Below, piece by piece: positions 43,152 to 64,000 of a stretch of 64,000 bases of DNA (positions within the stretch are counted from its first letter, which is position 1; every line of letters starts with the position of its first letter). The stretch is from the human T2T-CHM13v2.0 reference genome, Homo sapiens: NCBI RefSeq assembly GCF_009914755.1, contig NC_060930.1. One strand, given 5' to 3'. Both the position numbers and the translations under genes were made by a program. The notes beneath the pieces were generated by a model. It had not been told where the DNA came from. It was given only the letters and a program-made list of their open reading frames with translations, and ran no database searches.

Positions 43152-47560
<4,409 letters not shown>

Positions 47561-47603
47561 TAAAATCCCTAATTATTTTAGCTGTATGTATGCTAACGAA
47601 TGA

Positions 47604-47971
<368 letters not shown>

Positions 47972-48159
47972 TAACCTCTTTATTCTAAAATGTTAGTACT
48001 TAGGTCTGTGCGGAAATTGCAACCTTTACAACTATAAAAACTTATTATCAAAATCTTACCAGCCAATTTAACAAATGTCCAAGAAAGCATAAAGTTTAAA
48101 AAATTATTTGAAGGGGAAGGCAAGCAGAAATGTACGTCAGCCCTAGGTCTAGAGCATCA

Positions 48160-48840
48160 TCGTACCTCACATAAAAGATCGCAGTAGCCTCCTGGCTCTG
48201 TCCCCTGCTACTGCTCCCCTACAAGACCTTCTTAAAAAAACAGTCTGTTTTGCAGGGGAGGGGAAGGCAAATCCAATTTCGTCTCCTCTGGAACATGGTG
48301 TCAGTGCATGCAGTGCGAAATGCAAACGCTCGACGGGCCTGGAGGGTGTGCAGGGCCACTTTTCTCACCCCTCACTTCTCCTCCATCTCCCCCTTTTTAC
48401 TCTCCATGCTCTGTCCATGTTGGCCTTCTGACTCCTTGAGTACGACAAGTGATTCCTCCTTTCGAAGTCCTTCCGTGTGAAGTTCATGCCCTGGAGATGC
48501 TTGCACAGGTCTTCAGGTTTCTGGCTCTTTCTGACCTTCAGGTTTTGGCTTCAAGGTCCACTCCCCAGGAAAGCATTTCCTGACAACATTCATTCAAGTG
48601 CTCCTCATCCAAGTTGTTCTTTTTCCCAAGACACTGCTTATTTTGGGGGTAACATTTATCATAATCTGAATGTATCTCCTTTTAAAAACTTTTTTCTGTT
48701 GAGTGTGGGTTACCTCCACTAGAGAGCAAGTGCCAAGACGACGCAATGGGGTTTCACCCATCCCTGTTCCTCACCACCACACACCTAATGCCAATCCAAG
48801 CACATAATGAGTGTTCAGTACACGCTCGTGAAAGGGAGGG
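48160..48840 (+). mobile_element. L2 3' fragment
   Basis: cactccccaggaaagcatttcctgac...ccactagagagcaagtgccaag...cacataatgagtgttcagta. Confidence 0.6.
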
Positions 48841-49510
48841 AGGGAGGGACAGTGACAGCAGCTGCATGTGAAGGTTTGGGAGGTGAACGCATTTGCAGCT
48901 GGTGCTCTGCAGGGCCTACATGCTGCTCTTGTGCCTCCATTCTCCATTCAGACCTACAGCATTTTGCATCTGCCACATGACATCACCACCGGTCACCCTC
49001 ACCCCCACCACCTGCCTCTTCCTCCAGCCACCACTTCCCACCTGGCATCCAGTCCTGGGTTTTGTAAGGCTAGGCTAAGCCATTCTTCCTCTGTTACCTG
49101 GTGTGCTGGCTGCCCCTTGAGAGTTTACCAGCTCACAGAGGTCTTCCTCCTCTTAGAATTGCAGAGCCACGTCTGTACCTGCTCGGACTCTCCATGGTGA
49201 GGTCAGGAAGTGCACCTGAGTGTGGGCTCTGCACTCAGCCTGCTCCACTGACAAGTGTACACAGGACCTTGCACAGGACAGCTCACCTCTCCACACCTCC
49301 AGTTTCTTTTCCATAGATATAGGATAGGTTTCTGAAGAGGTTGAATTCACATATGTAAGGCACTTAGAACAGTGACACACAAATAATAAGTACCCAAAAT
49401 GATAACTGCTTTTGTGTCCCAGGAATTTAACCTGGCATTCAGATCAACCAGTTTGTTTCTGCAGGTGACTAGAACCAGTGATACACGTTTGAACTCTGAG
49501 AAGTGAGCAC

Positions 49511-49663
49511 CTTCTACCATGGAGATTCTTCATGGGATTTATTGGAGGGAAGTGTTGGGACCTTTACGATGCCTTGGAATTGTCCAATTGTCCTTTTGTT
49601 GGGCATCTGGAGGTTTTAGCACCTGGGCCAATGCAAGTCCCAGTGAGCCAGCAGGAACCCTTT
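49511..49663 (-). pseudogene. possible fossil exon (weak)
   Basis: Good acceptor gccttcttccacttag but weak donor AAG|GTGCTC; no clear motif. Confidence 0.25.
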
Positions 49664-49744
49664 CTAAGTGGAAGAAGGCAACCATGACAGGGTTGGGATG
49701 GGAGAACTTCCACCCCAAGAACCTTCTCGGGCAGATCAATTTTA

Positions 49745-50248
<504 letters not shown>

Positions 50249-51159
50249 TCACCTAACAGCATCAAGCTTTAAGTTTTGTTTTGTTTTGTTTGTGTTGTTT
50301 GTTTTCTAAGGGATTTTTCTATCCACATTAATAAATATCTTTGTAATTCAAAGTTTTTCCTTCTTTTTAGAAGGAAGTTTTATTTTAAGAATAATGTTTA
50401 TTAACACAAGTCTTCTATAATCAGTAGTGTACAATAATTGCAGGTTGAAATGAAAGAAAGAATAAATGAAGGATAGGTTTTCCTTTTATAAGTGCTTTTT
50501 AAATGTTTCATTGAGGTGTAATTGATATACAAATAATGGCACATGTTTAATGTCTACATTTCAATGAGTTTGGACATATACCTACATCCATGATACCGTC
50601 ACCAAATCAAGGTATCAAACATCTCCATCTACTCAAAATTGTTCTTGTATTGCTTTGTACTTTTTAAATTTTATATAGTATATTTTAATTACATTTGAAA
50701 TCTTTTATCAAATACATGACTTGCACTAATTAGAACTTAAACACAATATTTTTAAATTATACACACCAACAGCTATATGAAGATAACACTTCACCTAAGG
50801 GTATTCATTTGTGATGGGTAAAAATTACTATTGTACTTGGAAATGAATCATTTGACTCAAAGTTACACAGTTTAAGGTAAATGGTATTATCATTTCTAAA
50901 CAATGAACTCCAAATATTCTCACTGAATTCCATAAGAGGAGTGTAATTCCTGTCCCATTGATGTAGGGCTGGGCCATGTGACTTTCTTTGGCTAACAGAA
51001 CAAGAGTGAAAACAAAAGTGGAAGCCTGCCAGGTCTAAGAAGCTCGGTGAGTTCCTGCCAGCTCCACAGTCCCCACCTTCCACCCTGAGAGCTGTGCCCA
51101 GATTAGTGTGGTCGGGAGCCTGGGGCTCCAGTGAAAAGACCCATAGCCTGAACTTAGAC

Positions 51160-51515
51160 TGATATGGTTTGGCTGTGTCCCCACCCAAATCTTAGCTTGA
51201 ATTGTAATAATCCCCACATGTCAAGGGAGGAGCCAGGTGGAGGTAACTGAATCGTAAGGGCAGTTTCCTCCATAGTGTTCTCATGGTAGTGGATCAGTCT
51301 CACAAGATCTGATAGTTTTATAAAGGGGAGTTCCCTTGCACAAGCTCTCTTGCCTGCGGCCACGTAAGACATGATTTTGCTCCTCCTTTGCCTTCTGCCA
51401 TGATTGTGAGTCTTCCCCAGCCATGTGAAACTGTGAGCCAACTAAACTTCTTTCCTTTATAAATTACCCAGTCTCAGGTATGTCTTTATTAGCAACGTGA
51501 GAATAGATGAATACG
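51160..51515 (+). mobile_element. THE1 solo LTR (THE1D-like)
   Basis: tgatatggtttggctgtgtccccacccaaatc start; 5-bp TSD TAGAC. Confidence 0.9.
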
Positions 51516-51614
51516 TAGACCCACCCTGCTTGGAGCAGAGCCACAGACCCCAACCTGTAGCCACTGCCGTGCCATGTGAGGGAGACAGAAATATTTGTTT
51601 CATAAGCTCTAGAG

Positions 51615-51844
51615 CAAGCTTGTCCAACCTGCAACCTGCAGGTTGCATGTGGCCCAGGACAACTTTGAATGCAGCCCAACACAAGTTTGTAAACTTTCTT
51701 AAAACATTATGAGATTTATGCATGGACTTTTTTTTTTTTTTAGCTCGTCAGCTATCATTAGTGTTAGTGTATTTCATGTGTGGCCCAAGACAATTCTGCT
51801 TCTTACAATGTGGCCCAGGGAAGCCAGAAGATTGGACACCCCTG
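51615..51844. mobile_element. MER30 hAT MITE
   Basis: TIRs caagcttgtccaac / ttggacacccctg; perfect 8-bp TSD CTCTAGAG. Confidence 0.88.
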
Positions 51845-53241
51845 CTCTAGAGATTTAGAGGTTGTTTGTTACCCAGCATTATCCTAATGAAAACCAGTCA
51901 ACACAGCTTAAGGGTAGAATTTGGTTTTACAAAGCTAGGAAACTGTAAGCAATATAAAACTCACTAGAAATTCAGAGGCACATGAATTCTTTATCTAAAT
52001 GAGATACTCTCCCTGTAGAGTCATTGTCAGTGGTAGGGGGTACATAGAGTCTCAACAAGAGACAAGTGTTTGTACAAGATGTCAAATATGACATACTAGG
52101 ATCAGGGGCCACCATCCCCCTACTCAAGTGCAAGTTCAGGCTCTGTTCTTAGAAGCAGAGTGAAAGAGAGTATCCACCTAAGTGATTTCCTCATTCCTTA
52201 GTGGTGGATTATTTGCTCCTTCTGAGAAGGAAACAAGAAATATCAGAGTAAAGTCCTTCCTGAGATAAGGCTCTGAACAGATTGGTATGGTCTTCTAGGT
52301 CCAAAAGTTATCTGTTGTTGAGACATGGAGGCTCCCCATAACCCCAAACCTAAGTAAATGAAGACCAAAAAAGAAAATCTCAAAATTACTTTACATTGAA
52401 AGAGACACAGAAGACTTGATGACTCACAGGTAACAGAACTGGCCCAGGGCTGGATCAAGTATCTTAACTGTCTCTACAGGGGCCACTTATTGGTGCATCT
52501 TTTGGATTTAAAGAAAGAGACAATGTATTCGTGTATGTCAGTGGAAGATGGAGTGCCCTCATCACTCACACCAGGTGGATCAAAAGAAGCATTTTAGTTA
52601 CTATTATTCAATGAGGCAGAACTGGGACCTTGAACAGAGGCAGATGACTGTCTAGCTAACAGCCACCTCGAACCAGGCAGAGGCCAGTTAATAGATTCAC
52701 TCCAGCATTGGCTTTTGACTGAAGGTGAGAAGACTTGGGATGGTTGTGTCTGTCCACAGTGACGAGCTGTGTGTCCCTACACTTAAGAACATGATGTGCG
52801 TCTTGCCTTAGAAGACCTCTCAAAGGAACAATTTGATGATCAGATCTTTCTGAAATTGGTTTTCAGTCTCTGGTCTCTGAAATATTGCTGTCTCTTGATT
52901 GGATTAATTTCTGGCTTAAATAATTTCTCAGTTGGTTGCGGCTTCCTCTGCCCAGCACTAACTCTTTCTTGCAGCATGAGCCACAGACTAGTAATCATAA
53001 GCTCTTATTAAAATAAGTAACTGATTTTTTAAAGTCCCTTTTATGAAATGTGTTGGAGACACATTTTTTATTTCTGTCTGTCTCTTACAAGCTTCTGCTC
53101 TTCCTCTTCCACTCACAACCTGGATACTCAGCTGCGTTTTCAGAGGCAGCACCATCTGCTCATAGAATTCATTGGCAAACTCAATTTTCAGGTACAGGTG
53201 TTGCCATGCACTCTCCAGGTGAGCTTTTATCAATTGACCCA

Positions 53242-53790
53242 TGTAATGGTTAATATTAAGCGTCAACTTGATTGGATTGAAGGATGCAAAGTATTGTTCC
53301 TGGGTGCGTCTGTGAGGGTGTTGCCAAAGGAGATTAACAATTTGAGTCAGTGAACTGGGAGAGGCAGACCCATCCTCAGTCTGGGTGGGCACCATCTAAT
53401 CAGCTGCCAGCATAAAAACAGGAATGGAAAGAGCAGACTGGCTGAGTCTCCTGGCCTTCATCTTTCTCCCATACTGGATGCTTCCTGCCCTCAAACATCA
53501 GACCCCAAGCTCTTCAGCTTTTAGACTCTTGGACCTGCACCAGTGGTTTGCCAGGGGCTCTTGGACCTTTGGCTACAGAATGAAGGCTGCACCGTCGGCT
53601 TCCCTACTTTTGAGGTTTTGGGACTTGGACTGGCTTCCTTGCTCCTCAGCTTGCAGACGGTCTATTGTAGGACTTCACCTTGTGATGGTATGAGTCAATT
53701 CTCCTTAATAAACTCCCTTTCACGTATACATCTTTCCTATTCGTCCTGTCCTTCCAAGGAAACCTGACTCATACAACCCCAACTAATACA
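53242..53790 (+). mobile_element. MLT2A (HERV-L) solo LTR inserted in the MIA3 retrocopy
   Basis: tgtaatggttaatattaagcgtcaacttgattggattgaagg start; accc(a/c/t) TSD; short duplicated 3' end. Confidence 0.88.
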
Positions 53791-54248
53791 ACCCTGAACA
53801 AGATTCACATTGCTTTTGCCTAACTGAATCCTTTCCTCACTTGGCTTTGTTTACACATTTTCTTAGCATGTGTTGTTAATACAGGTTGAGCTAGAAAATA
53901 TTTGTTACTTTTTCTTCCTCAACTTTTATTTTCTCATTCTAGTGATCAGCTGGCTCTCCACTGCTAATACATTCCATTGCTTGCTTGTTTTTTAATAGTT
54001 ATGTTCCTGCCCTGAGAATCAAAATTGGTCACAATCCGTTTTCACTCCCAGTGTAAGTGAAATCTTCTGCATCTTTCTAAGTCACCCAAAAGCATCTGCT
54101 CTGTGTTTTAGCTCTGTATGGAGCTCACCCAGCCTTCTGCTTTTGGTAGCAACTGCCCTTTGCAATCTGACATTGCCTTTATGCCCAGAGGAGTTGATAA
54201 TTTGAATGTCCTTTCTTTGAATTCATTAAGATATGTTTACTTCTTTAG

Positions 54249-54569
<321 letters not shown>

Positions 54570-54904
54570 TACTTCTTTAGTTTTAGATAATTCTTTGTAG
54601 ACTCATAACATGTCTGTATATTTCTGGCTTTCCAGCATGGTGGCATCTTTATTAGCTATTGAATCTTACATTCAAAGGCCAGCACATTTTCAAGAGTTTC
54701 AGAGTGTTTTCCTCAAGTCCTGTGCCTTGCATCAAAGACAAGCTCAAACTTGAGAGTCATCAGAATCACGTTTAATTTCTAGATCTCTCATAGCTTTGTT
54801 GTTTATTCTATGTTTTGTTAATATTCTAACCTTTAACATCAGGTGGTTTCAGGCTCAATGGCTCTTCTCTATTTTGAGGTCATCTTCTGGAGTCTCTAAT
54901 ATAA

Positions 54905-55387
<483 letters not shown>

Positions 55388-55447
55388 TTATTGAAAAGAT
55401 GCGCCTTCTTTTTTTTTTTAACAATAAAGTAGCTATTTTTTATTCAC

Positions 55448-55554
55448 TTTGATTTGGATCATTGGAAATATTCAACAATAAATAAAATAGAGAAGGGACT
55501 GAGGAAAGTGGGATCTTGCTAACGTCTTTCAAATGCATCCTGATCAATGCCCAG
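55448..55554 (-). pseudogene. fossil exon, start of an RGS domain: LGIDQDAFERR*QDPTFLSPFSILFIVEYFQ
   Basis: Long pyrimidine tract then CCGCAG acceptor (phase 0, matching the previous exon); weak donor AAA|GTGAAT; FE....DP.....F spacing as in RGS helices 2-3. Confidence 0.5.
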
Positions 55555-56017
55555 CTGCGGAACAACACGGACAGTGGCAAACGGGAATAGAAAGCGAATT
55601 CTAAAACACCAACAGCCCAACACACAAGACCTCATGGAAAAGAAAGTGCTCAAGAAACCTTGGCTTTAAAGGGGATTCCATGAAGGGAAGTAATTGTGCA
55701 GGAGGAAGGGAATGAACCCGTGATCACCCTAATAGCAGTGGCAGGAAGGTCCTGATGCAGGCTAGTGTTAAAGCTGACATCCCACAGTTCAGGATGTACA
55801 GATGCACCTTCTTACGAAATAGATTTTACAGCATTTTTCATTTGGCCTAGCAGTAGCCAATGAGACAGATCGCTCCACTGAAAAGTGCTTCTTCTGAGCA
55901 AAACAGATACATTTTCTAACAGTGCCCAGCTCCTGACCAGAACCTGGCATCATCTCTACTAAATCTGAGTGACCAAGGAGTAAAAAGCCAGTCTGAGACT
56001 TGGCCAGTAATACCCAC

Positions 56018-56729
56018 CTGGCGCTCCCTCTTGCATAACTTGAACTTTGATCTATGATAGGTAATGGTTCTCTCTTTGGGGGAAATGTTGAGATTCAAAG
56101 TAATTTTTGCATTGGGGTGAGGAGCCACAGCTCCAGCTCCTGCCTCTCTCCTCCCTTCATGCCCACTTTTGTCACAAGCTCAGCTGAGGCAATGTCGAGA
56201 ATTGAGAAAACTCCTGTTTCCATTTGAGGGTAGATGCTTGCTGTGCACCTCCTAACATGGGTAGCTCAGAAAACACCCAACGGCTGATGGGGCTCTCAGG
56301 CCGCATGGTTGCCTGGGTGGGCAGTGGGGGGATCATGTCCTCACGATTTTTAGGAGACTTTTGTCCAGCTGGAAGGGTTTTCAATAAACCACCATAATAC
56401 ATCACAGGTCTTGGCAAAGGTTGTTTCCCTCTCAATCTTTATTTTGTCTTTATCCTGAAACCGTATCATTCTGGCGGTACTCTAGATTTGATCTTTGTCC
56501 CCTGTCTATACAGACTGAAGACAAGAAATTATTTTGTTTTCCTAGCAGGTTCTGGAATCTCTAAATTCCCTCTCAATATTTCCACTTCCTTCCTGAGCTC
56601 ATGTCTATCTTGTAGGTCTTTGCCTTATGCAGCTGAGCGGAGCCTGGTTGCGCTCACAATGCTCTGCGTGGGAGCACCTCAGCCAAGTCGGCAAGTTTAT
56701 GGTGTACATTTCCCCTCTCCTCCCAGTTA
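56018..56729 (-). pseudogene. large fossil exon (5' boundary uncertain)
   Basis: CAG|GTGGGT donor; ends ISPKERTITYHRSKFKLCKRERQ, similar to recalled RGS22 WIKKERLPAFLESDCYFEYRLAKLVSQ. Confidence 0.45.
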
Positions 56730-56889
56730 CTGCAGGTAAACAGCTTTCCCAGCGCTTTGCACTGGTTCACATGGGTGGCCATTCTCTCGGATTTAAACCA
56801 GTTCCCTTGCCTCGCATCAGATATCCCAAAGCCAATGCCACTTGTTTTCAGTTTTGGCTACGTTCTTGCTCCACTTATAGGTACCAATT

Positions 56890-57320
56890 TCTATAACAGT
56901 TTGCTTGTGCTGCATAACAAACCACCATAAAATCTTAGTGGCATAAAACAGTGTTCACGGGGCTGCAGGTGCCTGGAAAGCGGTGTTGCACTGTGGTTCT
57001 GCTTCGCTGCCTCCACTCCACGTGTGTACCCTCTGGGTCCAGAACGAAAGGACGTTCACTCCTGGGGAGGGTCTCATGAAGGCCATAGAAGCAAGGGGCA
57101 GGGAGGACAGGGAAGGCCTTTTAAACCTAGTCTCAGAACTAGCACATTGTCAACTTTTGCTAATGTTCTAATGGCCAAAGCAGGTCACATGGCAAACCAG
57201 GAGAAGTGAAGGAGTGGAAAAGCAGGCTCTGTTTTTTGAGGGAGAAACTGAAAAGTTACATGGTGAAGGGCATGGATACAGGAAAGAGCAAAGAATGAGG
57301 GCCAATAATGCCAGCCGTCA
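56890..57320 (-). mobile_element. MLT1 LTR
   Basis: tgctgcataacaaaccaccataaaatcttagtggcataaaaca...ggccaaagcaggtcacatggc. Confidence 0.7.
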
Positions 57321-57568
57321 CAGTAGTCACTCTCGGAAACGATTAATTACAGCATTGGGCTTAAAATCCAGGATCTCATGATCTATATATCAGGCCTGGG
57401 TGAAGCTCCTTTTGATCCAGAGGCCTGTTCTGCCCCTGACACCCAACATAAAAAGTCAATGAATGCTCCCATCTGAAAAGCGAGAGAACCGGAGATGCCT
57501 CACAGTTACCAACCCCACTGGGCAGATGTTGCCAGGCCCCCTGCTCTGGAGGTAGGAACTTAACTCAC

Positions 57569-59866
<2,298 letters not shown>

Positions 59867-60269
59867 CTAGGATAAAGTCAAAACCCATGCAATTGTGCAA
59901 AATCATCATTATACACCCATTATTTTGTAGGAATTCACCCTCAAGTGTTAATCAAGTTATTCTTAATTGTAGTGAGCATAAACTATTTTACCAAAACACT
60001 TGGATGTTATTACTGTAAGAGCTCTTATAGTTATTTGTTTTGTCTACTGACATATGTATAAGTCCAAAGTAACAAGTGTTGTTGTTTATAACAATTAAAC
60101 TACTAATGAATGCCAAGAGTTAACATTGCAGTTGTCTTTTGTGTGACCATCTGTAGCAATTAGCTTTTGCTGTATAATGGAAACTAAAACCAACAGAATT
60201 TTCTGTCCCTGTTTTAAGCAGTATGAGACTAGGATTGATTTTCCCTGTTTATGTTAAATACTGAAATCA

Positions 60270-60620
60270 TGCATTAAAAAAAAAATAGCTGCTTGCTCCA
60301 GGACATACTTTGCACCTGGAAGACGAAACTGGGCCAGCTGAAATAGCTTCCCATCAAGACTCACTCCAGGACCCCACCCACTGTAGCCTCCACTCCAGAG
60401 CTGATGTCCTAAACTCCACCAAATACCAACTGATTCTCCGCCTTGCAGTATCTGATTAAATTGTATGACCTAGGTCAAACCCTGTAAAAAGCTTTTTCTG
60501 TTTTCCCTTGTTTTAGACATAACTATAACTATAGAGGCAATGTTATCCCTTCCTGTCTAATAAAATTAGCTTTGTTTGATTAACAGGCTTTCCTGGAAGA
60601 TGGCAATTGACCAAAGAGCC
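60270..60620 (+). mobile_element. possible old LTR fragment
   Basis: ccctgtaaaaagct...cttgtttt...aataaaattagctttgtttgatt layout of TATA and poly-A signals. Confidence 0.3.
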
Positions 60621-60737
60621 ACAATAACTGAGTGGCATATAATAGTCAGCTTTTATTTTGCTGATGTGTGTGCAAATAATGGGTTGGCTTTACCCTCCAG
60701 GTATTTAGATAATGGCTAACCTCAACGGTAGACTCAC

Positions 60738-60786
60738 CTTTATATTAAATATGCATAGCCTCAAGTACTGTTTTAGATAATGATAC
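60738..60786 (-). pseudogene. fossil exon (49 nt), VSLSKTVLEAMHI*YK
   Basis: AAG acceptor, AAG|GTGAGT donor; phase 0 to 1 links both neighbours. Confidence 0.5.
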
Positions 60787-61115
60787 CTTTAGGGGGTAAT
60801 GATACGTTTAGATGGTTTCCGAAAAGAAAGTATAGGAAATTTAAATCTTACAGACAAAACTTGACATTTTGTTTATTGTACAAGTCTCTAAATGGATCAG
60901 AAGATGTCATCTCTGTATTTTCACTTCTATATCCTACAGTGCGTCATTGTTACAAAGATGAAACACAATCACTTTTAAAGGATTTGAGTTTAGAAAGTTG
61001 ATTTACCAATAATTGGCTTACATGAATACATATCAAGGAAGAAAATTCCCAAACTGAGAAATATTAAATTTTTGCAGTCTCATTATATGTATAATTATTT
61101 ATGTCTTTGGAATTA

Positions 61116-61400
61116 CTTTTTTTTTTTAAGACGCGTGTCACCCAGGCTGGAGTTCAGTGGCACAATCGTGGCAATGCTGCCTGGGCCTCCTAGGCTCAAG
61201 TGGTCCTCTCACCTCAGTCTCCTGAGTAACTGGGACCACAGATGTCCTATCACACCTGGCTAATTAAAAAATATATATATAGTAGAGCTAAGGTCTTGCT
61301 ATGTTGTTCAATCTGGTCTCAAACTCCTGGGCTCAAGCAATCCTCCCACCTCGGCTTCCCAAAGTGCTGGGATTACAGGTGTGTGCCTCCATGCCCAGCC
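61116..61400 (-). mobile_element. AluJ
   Basis: gggctcaagcaatcctcccacc J-type. Confidence 0.88.
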
Positions 61401-61649
61401 TAGCCTCTTCTTTTTAATGATAAGAAAGATATTAGAATTATAAGCATAAATATAAGAAAAATAAGCTTTTATTCTCAAAACTAGTGCCTTAGAAATTGCG
61501 GAGGAGCTTTAATATCAAAGCACTCGTATTTCTCGGTAGGTTGTCGTAATAAGTTGAGTATCTATATTATACAGCACCATAATTTTCCTGTTTAGTAATA
61601 CACAAGACTTTCTAAAATATAATAGTATGCTAGAAAACAGATTGGGGTT

Positions 61650-62135
61650 TTACAATGGTTACGTTTATGTGTCAAGTTGACTGGCCTAAAAAATGCCCAG
61701 AGAATTGGTAAGAGAGTATTTCTAGGTGTCTGTGAGGGCATTTCTGGAAGAGGTTAGTATTGAATTGGTAGACAGAGTGAAGATCACCTTCACCAACGTG
61801 GGTGAGCAGCTTCCAATCTATTGAGGGCCATTTAGCACAAAAGGACAGAGGATGGCTGAGTTCGCTCTCTCTGCCTGAGCGGAGCCGTCATCTTTGCCTG
61901 CACTCAGACACTGCACACCTGGTTCTCAGGCCTTTCAGCTTGGACTCATTATGCTGACAGCTTTCCTGGCTACCCAGCTTGCAGACAGCAGATGGTGGGA
62001 CTTACTGGCCTCCATAATTGCATGAGCCAATTCTCATCATAAACCTCTCCATATGTAGAAATATAAACATAAGTACAAATATATAATATCTATCTCCTAT
62101 TTGTTCTGTTTTTCCGAAGAACCCTGACTAACACA
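61650..62135 (+). mobile_element. MLT2 (C/D-like) LTR
   Basis: atggttacgtttatgtgtcaagttgactgg start; gaaccctgactaacaca end. Confidence 0.8.
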
Positions 62136-62318
62136 GTCGTGGATCTCTTTAACTTTCTATTAGCTTCTAGTTTTAATGATTAGGCTGTTTTAAACCTGAT
62201 TATAAGTAAACTGTCTTAATCTTTGTACAGATGCCATATACTGATTTGCCCATATTCCTAACTAGGAATATAGTCTTCAAAATTCACCTTTTAAATGCAC
62301 GATTCAAATTTTTTTTCT

Positions 62319-63029
<711 letters not shown>

Positions 63030-63174
63030 TCACAGATATTAAAACAGTTGCAGGTTTAAAGATCACTCCCACCTTACATATTGGTCAATTCCACTGAAAC
63101 CCCAAAGACAGGGTGCTCAGATTGTAGAATTCCATGTTCAAGAGTGAACTAAATATTTTTTGGTCAGCACTCAC

Positions 63175-63248
63175 CTGAATGTTAGGATAATTCAGAGGAA
63201 TTTCCCAACAGACATGAGAAATGTGCCTTCCAAATTGCGGCAGGTGGC
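63175..63248 (-). pseudogene. fossil exon (74 nt), HLPQFGRHISHVCWEIPLNYPNIQ
   Basis: CTCTCAG acceptor, CAG|GTGAGT donor; open phase 1 to 0; resembles recalled RGSL1 N-terminal SLPVFGQ...WPEIPCN and RGS22 SLPTF. Confidence 0.55.
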
Positions 63249-63371
63249 CTGAGAGCTTGACATGAGTTTCTCATGTGCAGCAGCGTCTTGTTATTTGTTA
63301 TAAGGGCTTCATAAACAGAGCTGGGTTTACAAGGAGTCTTATGGGCTCAGAATCTTAACTGCGATGTCTAA

Positions 63372-63690
<319 letters not shown>

Positions 63691-63709
63691 AATTATTTCT
63701 TTTATTTCT

Positions 63710-63885
63710 TATAACCACCCTGATGGTTAAGCATTTTCTTCCTCCATTTTTACAGTTCAGAAAATTGAAGTTTGGGAGTAGATAACTTTCCTAGGGTCTC
63801 ACAGCAAGTCAGCCAAATGAACACCAAAATCCAGGCCTTTTATACCAAATTCCAGGCTCTTTCCAGTATACAGCTGCCACTGCCC
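63710..63885 (-). mobile_element. MIR
   Basis: ccatttttacagttcagaaaattgaag...aactttcctagggtctcacagc. Confidence 0.7.
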
Positions 63886-64000
63886 ACATTGCATAACCAG
63901 AAAGACCATGTTTGAATTATTAAAATGTTAATTCCTAGAATTTGAACTCTGGGACACCTTTAGAAACTCAAACTCTCAAGTCGTCATCTATCTTCCACAT

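Larger units (their letters stand above)
50930..51903 (+). mobile_element. MLT1 LTR interrupted by THE1 and MER30
   Basis: gggctgggccatgtgactttctttggctaacagaa...gagatttagaggttgtttgttacccagcattatcc. Confidence 0.7.

Noticed and set aside
55409-55419. T-run as the poly-A tail of the MIA3 retrocopy
   Set aside because: It lies at the 5' end of the retrocopy; no recognisable 3' poly-A or TSD survives.

Overview
Human (primate) genomic DNA, identified from a human-specific AluYg6 and abundant Alu, L1, MaLR, MLT2 and Charlie repeats. I found no intact protein-coding gene; almost every ORF in the supplied track is repeat-derived or chance. Two fossils sit in the non-repeat islands. (1) A chain of about 12-13 minus-strand exons bounded by splice sites spans nearly the whole window (about 63248 to 4938). 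It is mostly phase-consistent, and its stop- and frameshift-ridden translation repeatedly fits RGS-domain and RGS22/RGSL1-type motifs, so it is a candidate non-processed pseudogene of a lost multi-RGS gene. (2) A very decayed, intronless MIA3/TANGO1 retrocopy (about 52250-55410, minus) lies in one of its introns. Also present: a full-length Charlie3 hAT transposon, a complete MST (MaLR) provirus, an L1PB with an internal deletion, a templated inverted insertion inside an Alu, several tandem duplications, an 87-bp VNTR and a possible antisense promoter. Protein similarities and repeat subfamily names were judged by eye against remembered sequences and need confirmation by alignment; most repeat boundaries are approximate.
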